Assembly (NCBI GenBank): GCA_938074335.1
Contig: CALJEL010000023.1
Span: forward strand, 1,554-65,553
DNA: 64,000 nucleotides
Origin: an uncultured bacterium
GTDB taxonomy: Bacteria; Nitrospirota; Thermodesulfovibrionia; Thermodesulfovibrionales; CALJEL01
Reading direction: 5' to 3'
Positions within the stretch are counted from its first letter, which is position 1. Every line of letters starts with the position of its first letter. The position numbers and the translations under genes were made by a program. Positions 62,644-64,000 of the stretch are shown here, piece by piece. The notes beneath the pieces are model-generated. The model saw nothing but the letters and a program-made list of their open reading frames with translations. It was not told where the DNA came from and did not search any database.

Positions 62644-63657
62644 ATGGCTTTAACAGAAGACAACCTTAAGATTACAATACATCACCTTTTATTAATCTTG
62701 ATCTTTATTTTATCCTTTCATACTTCATCTCACGCTTCTTCTTTTGGAAAGGGAGAACTCATGACAGATATTGGTATAAAGTCTTCTTATATCTCAGGCT
62801 ATACACTTTATCATATAAGCTATTATGAGGGAAGCTCAGGCATTGAGAGTGAGCTTGAGTTCCCCTTAAAGACCTATCTCATTGGTCCTGAAGTGGCAAT
62901 TATCTATAGAGACAGCAGGGGCAAAGATAGAGCCAGGTTGAGTTTTGAGCTTCTTACAAATATTGACAATGGCTCTGGAAGACTCAAAGACTCAGACTGG
63001 CTTAGTGATGATATAGATATTGCCCTGTATGGAGTTGCCCATCCAGGCAAGGATATCTATTCTGAGTCTGATATAGAGCTTAAGGCAACGGTATTTGATA
63101 TAAATATGTTTGGCAGTCTTTATAGCTCTCAAAGATTTACTGCTGGACCTTTCCTTGGCTACAGGTATCAGGATTTCAGGTTCATTGCAAGAAATGTGAA
63201 TCAGATAGGTTATGGGCCTTACAGCAGTGATTATACAGGGTTTATACCTGGTGAGGCACTTCATTATGAGGTGAGATATAATTTTCTCTATGGAGGAATA
63301 AACAGTGAGTATTCATCAGGCTCCTTCAATGCAGGTCTGATGGTTGCTCTGGGCTATGTCCTTGCAGAGGACAGGGATGACCATATATTGAGATACAAGC
63401 TTGCAGAGGCAGAGACTGATGGGCTTGGTGGATTTGTGAAGGCGAATGTCAGTTATTTTTTTACCAGTAGTTTATTTTTAAAAGCAGAAGGACAATACCT
63501 GAAGTTTCATACAAAGGGCACACAGCATCAGTATTTTTACAGGGCAACCAAAGAATGTCCCTCTGGTGGATGTGATGCCTATGTCTCAGACAGGATAGAT
63601 TCAGGACAGTGGAGTTTTTCCCTGTCAGTGAGTTACAGATTCAGATATCTGCCTTAG
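62644..63657 (+). CDS. Outer-membrane beta-barrel protein, omptin-like
   Basis: I prefer the start at the second Met (62644) because of promoter geometry. The signal peptide ends ..HTSSHA. It has alternating beta-strand patterns. GRLKDSDWLSDD resembles the omptin G-x-x-x-D-x-D-W region, and a later DRDDH may supply the Asp/His pair. This assignment is tentative. Confidence 0.45.
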   Translation: MALTEDNLKITIHHLLLILIFILSFHTSSHASSFGKGELMTDIGIKSSYISGYTLYHISYYEGSSGIESELEFPLKTYLIGPEVAIIYRDSRGKDRARLSFELLTNIDNGSGRLKDSDWLSDDIDIALYGVAHPGKDIYSESDIELKATVFDINMFGSLYSSQRFTAGPFLGYRYQDFRFIARNVNQIGYGPYSSDYTGFIPGEALHYEVRYNFLYGGINSEYSSGSFNAGLMVALGYVLAEDRDDHILRYKLAEAETDGLGGFVKANVSYFFTSSLFLKAEGQYLKFHTKGTQHQYFYRATKECPSGGCDAYVSDRIDSGQWSFSLSVSYRFRYLP

Positions 63658-64000
63658 CCTTTTTAATGGTATTCTGGAGCCTTGAGTAATAAAAGTCCTG
63701 AAGTGTTTTTAATATGGATGGGTCCTTTTCGATAATCCTCTCAAGGACAGGTCTCGTGAATTCAAGGACCTCAAGCCTGTCAATTGCTGTAATGGTGGCA
63801 GTCCTTGGCCTTCCTGTAAGAAAGGCGACCTCTCCAAAGATATCTCCTTTTTCAAGTATGGCAAGCTCCACAACCTTTCCAAGGACATGGGTGCTAACCT
63901 TTGCCATGCCAGATCTTATAACATATATAGAATCTCCTGAATCTCCCTCTTCAATCACTGTTTCTCCTTTGTTGAAGGTAAGTATGTTTAAGTCTTCCAT
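63641..64000 (-). CDS. Cyclic-nucleotide-binding (cNMP/CAP-type) domain protein; start may lie beyond the window edge
   Basis: The sequence FNKGETVIEEGDSGDSIYVIRSGMAKV...GDIFGEVAFLTGRPRTATITA is a classic cNMP-binding beta-roll. The ORF touches nt 64000. Confidence 0.8.
   Translation of the reverse strand: MEDLNILTFNKGETVIEEGDSGDSIYVIRSGMAKVSTHVLGKVVELAILEKGDIFGEVAFLTGRPRTATITAIDRLEVLEFTRPVLERIIEKDPSILKTLQDFYYSRLQNTIKKAKADI

Noticed and set aside
1-64000. Search for mobile elements, prophage genes, rRNA/tRNA genes and defence systems
   Set aside because: I recognised no integrase, transposase, recombinase, phage structural gene, cas gene or restriction-modification gene signature in any ORF-track translation. 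The intergenic regions are too short or too AT-rich or repetitive for rRNA or tRNA genes.

Overview
All calls were made by eye from the sequence and the supplied ORF track. Family names are recollections, not search results.

The window is a 64-kb, gene-dense stretch of about 60 genes from what looks like an anaerobic diderm bacterium. It appears AT-leaning with AGG/AGA-rich codons. Lineage cannot be fixed from sequence alone; the gene content is reminiscent of Nitrospirota or Desulfobacterota-type anaerobes. I found no rRNA, tRNA, CRISPR array, transposase or integrase.

**1. Multihaem cytochrome island (about 2-40 kb).**
- Seven c-type cytochromes carry about 86 haem-binding motifs by my manual count.
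- One of them is a single 8.4-kb ORF of 2,807 aa with 40 CXXCH and 10 C-x4-CH motifs.
- Around them sit three NHL beta-propeller proteins, a large predicted beta-barrel outer membrane protein and a SurA-like chaperone.
- The island has its own System II cytochrome c synthase, with ccsB and ccsA split by a TPR gene.
- It also holds an unusual number of GT-C-type membrane glycosyltransferase candidates and TPR modules.

**2. Glycosyltransferase and B12-radical-SAM operon (about 40-49 kb).**

**3. Mirrored duplicated module of unknown proteins (50-55 kb).** Each unknown protein is paired with a SurA-like lipoprotein.

**4. Folate/C1 cluster on the minus strand (55.7-61.5 kb).** It contains panB, metF, metV, folD, folE and a CooC-like/5-formyl-THF cyclo-ligase fusion. 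A small toxin-antitoxin-like pair is inserted in it.

**5. Repeat-dense 0.5-kb intergenic region, an omptin-like outer membrane protein and a cNMP-binding protein at the 3' edge.**

**Regulatory signals visible by eye:**
- Six sigma54-type -24/-12 promoters of the form TGGCA-N6-TTGC.
- A recurring GTGWA-N2-TWCAC palindrome upstream of three of them.
- A recurring extended -10 element lying 5-6 nt before ATG codons that lack a Shine-Dalgarno sequence, which suggests leaderless transcripts.
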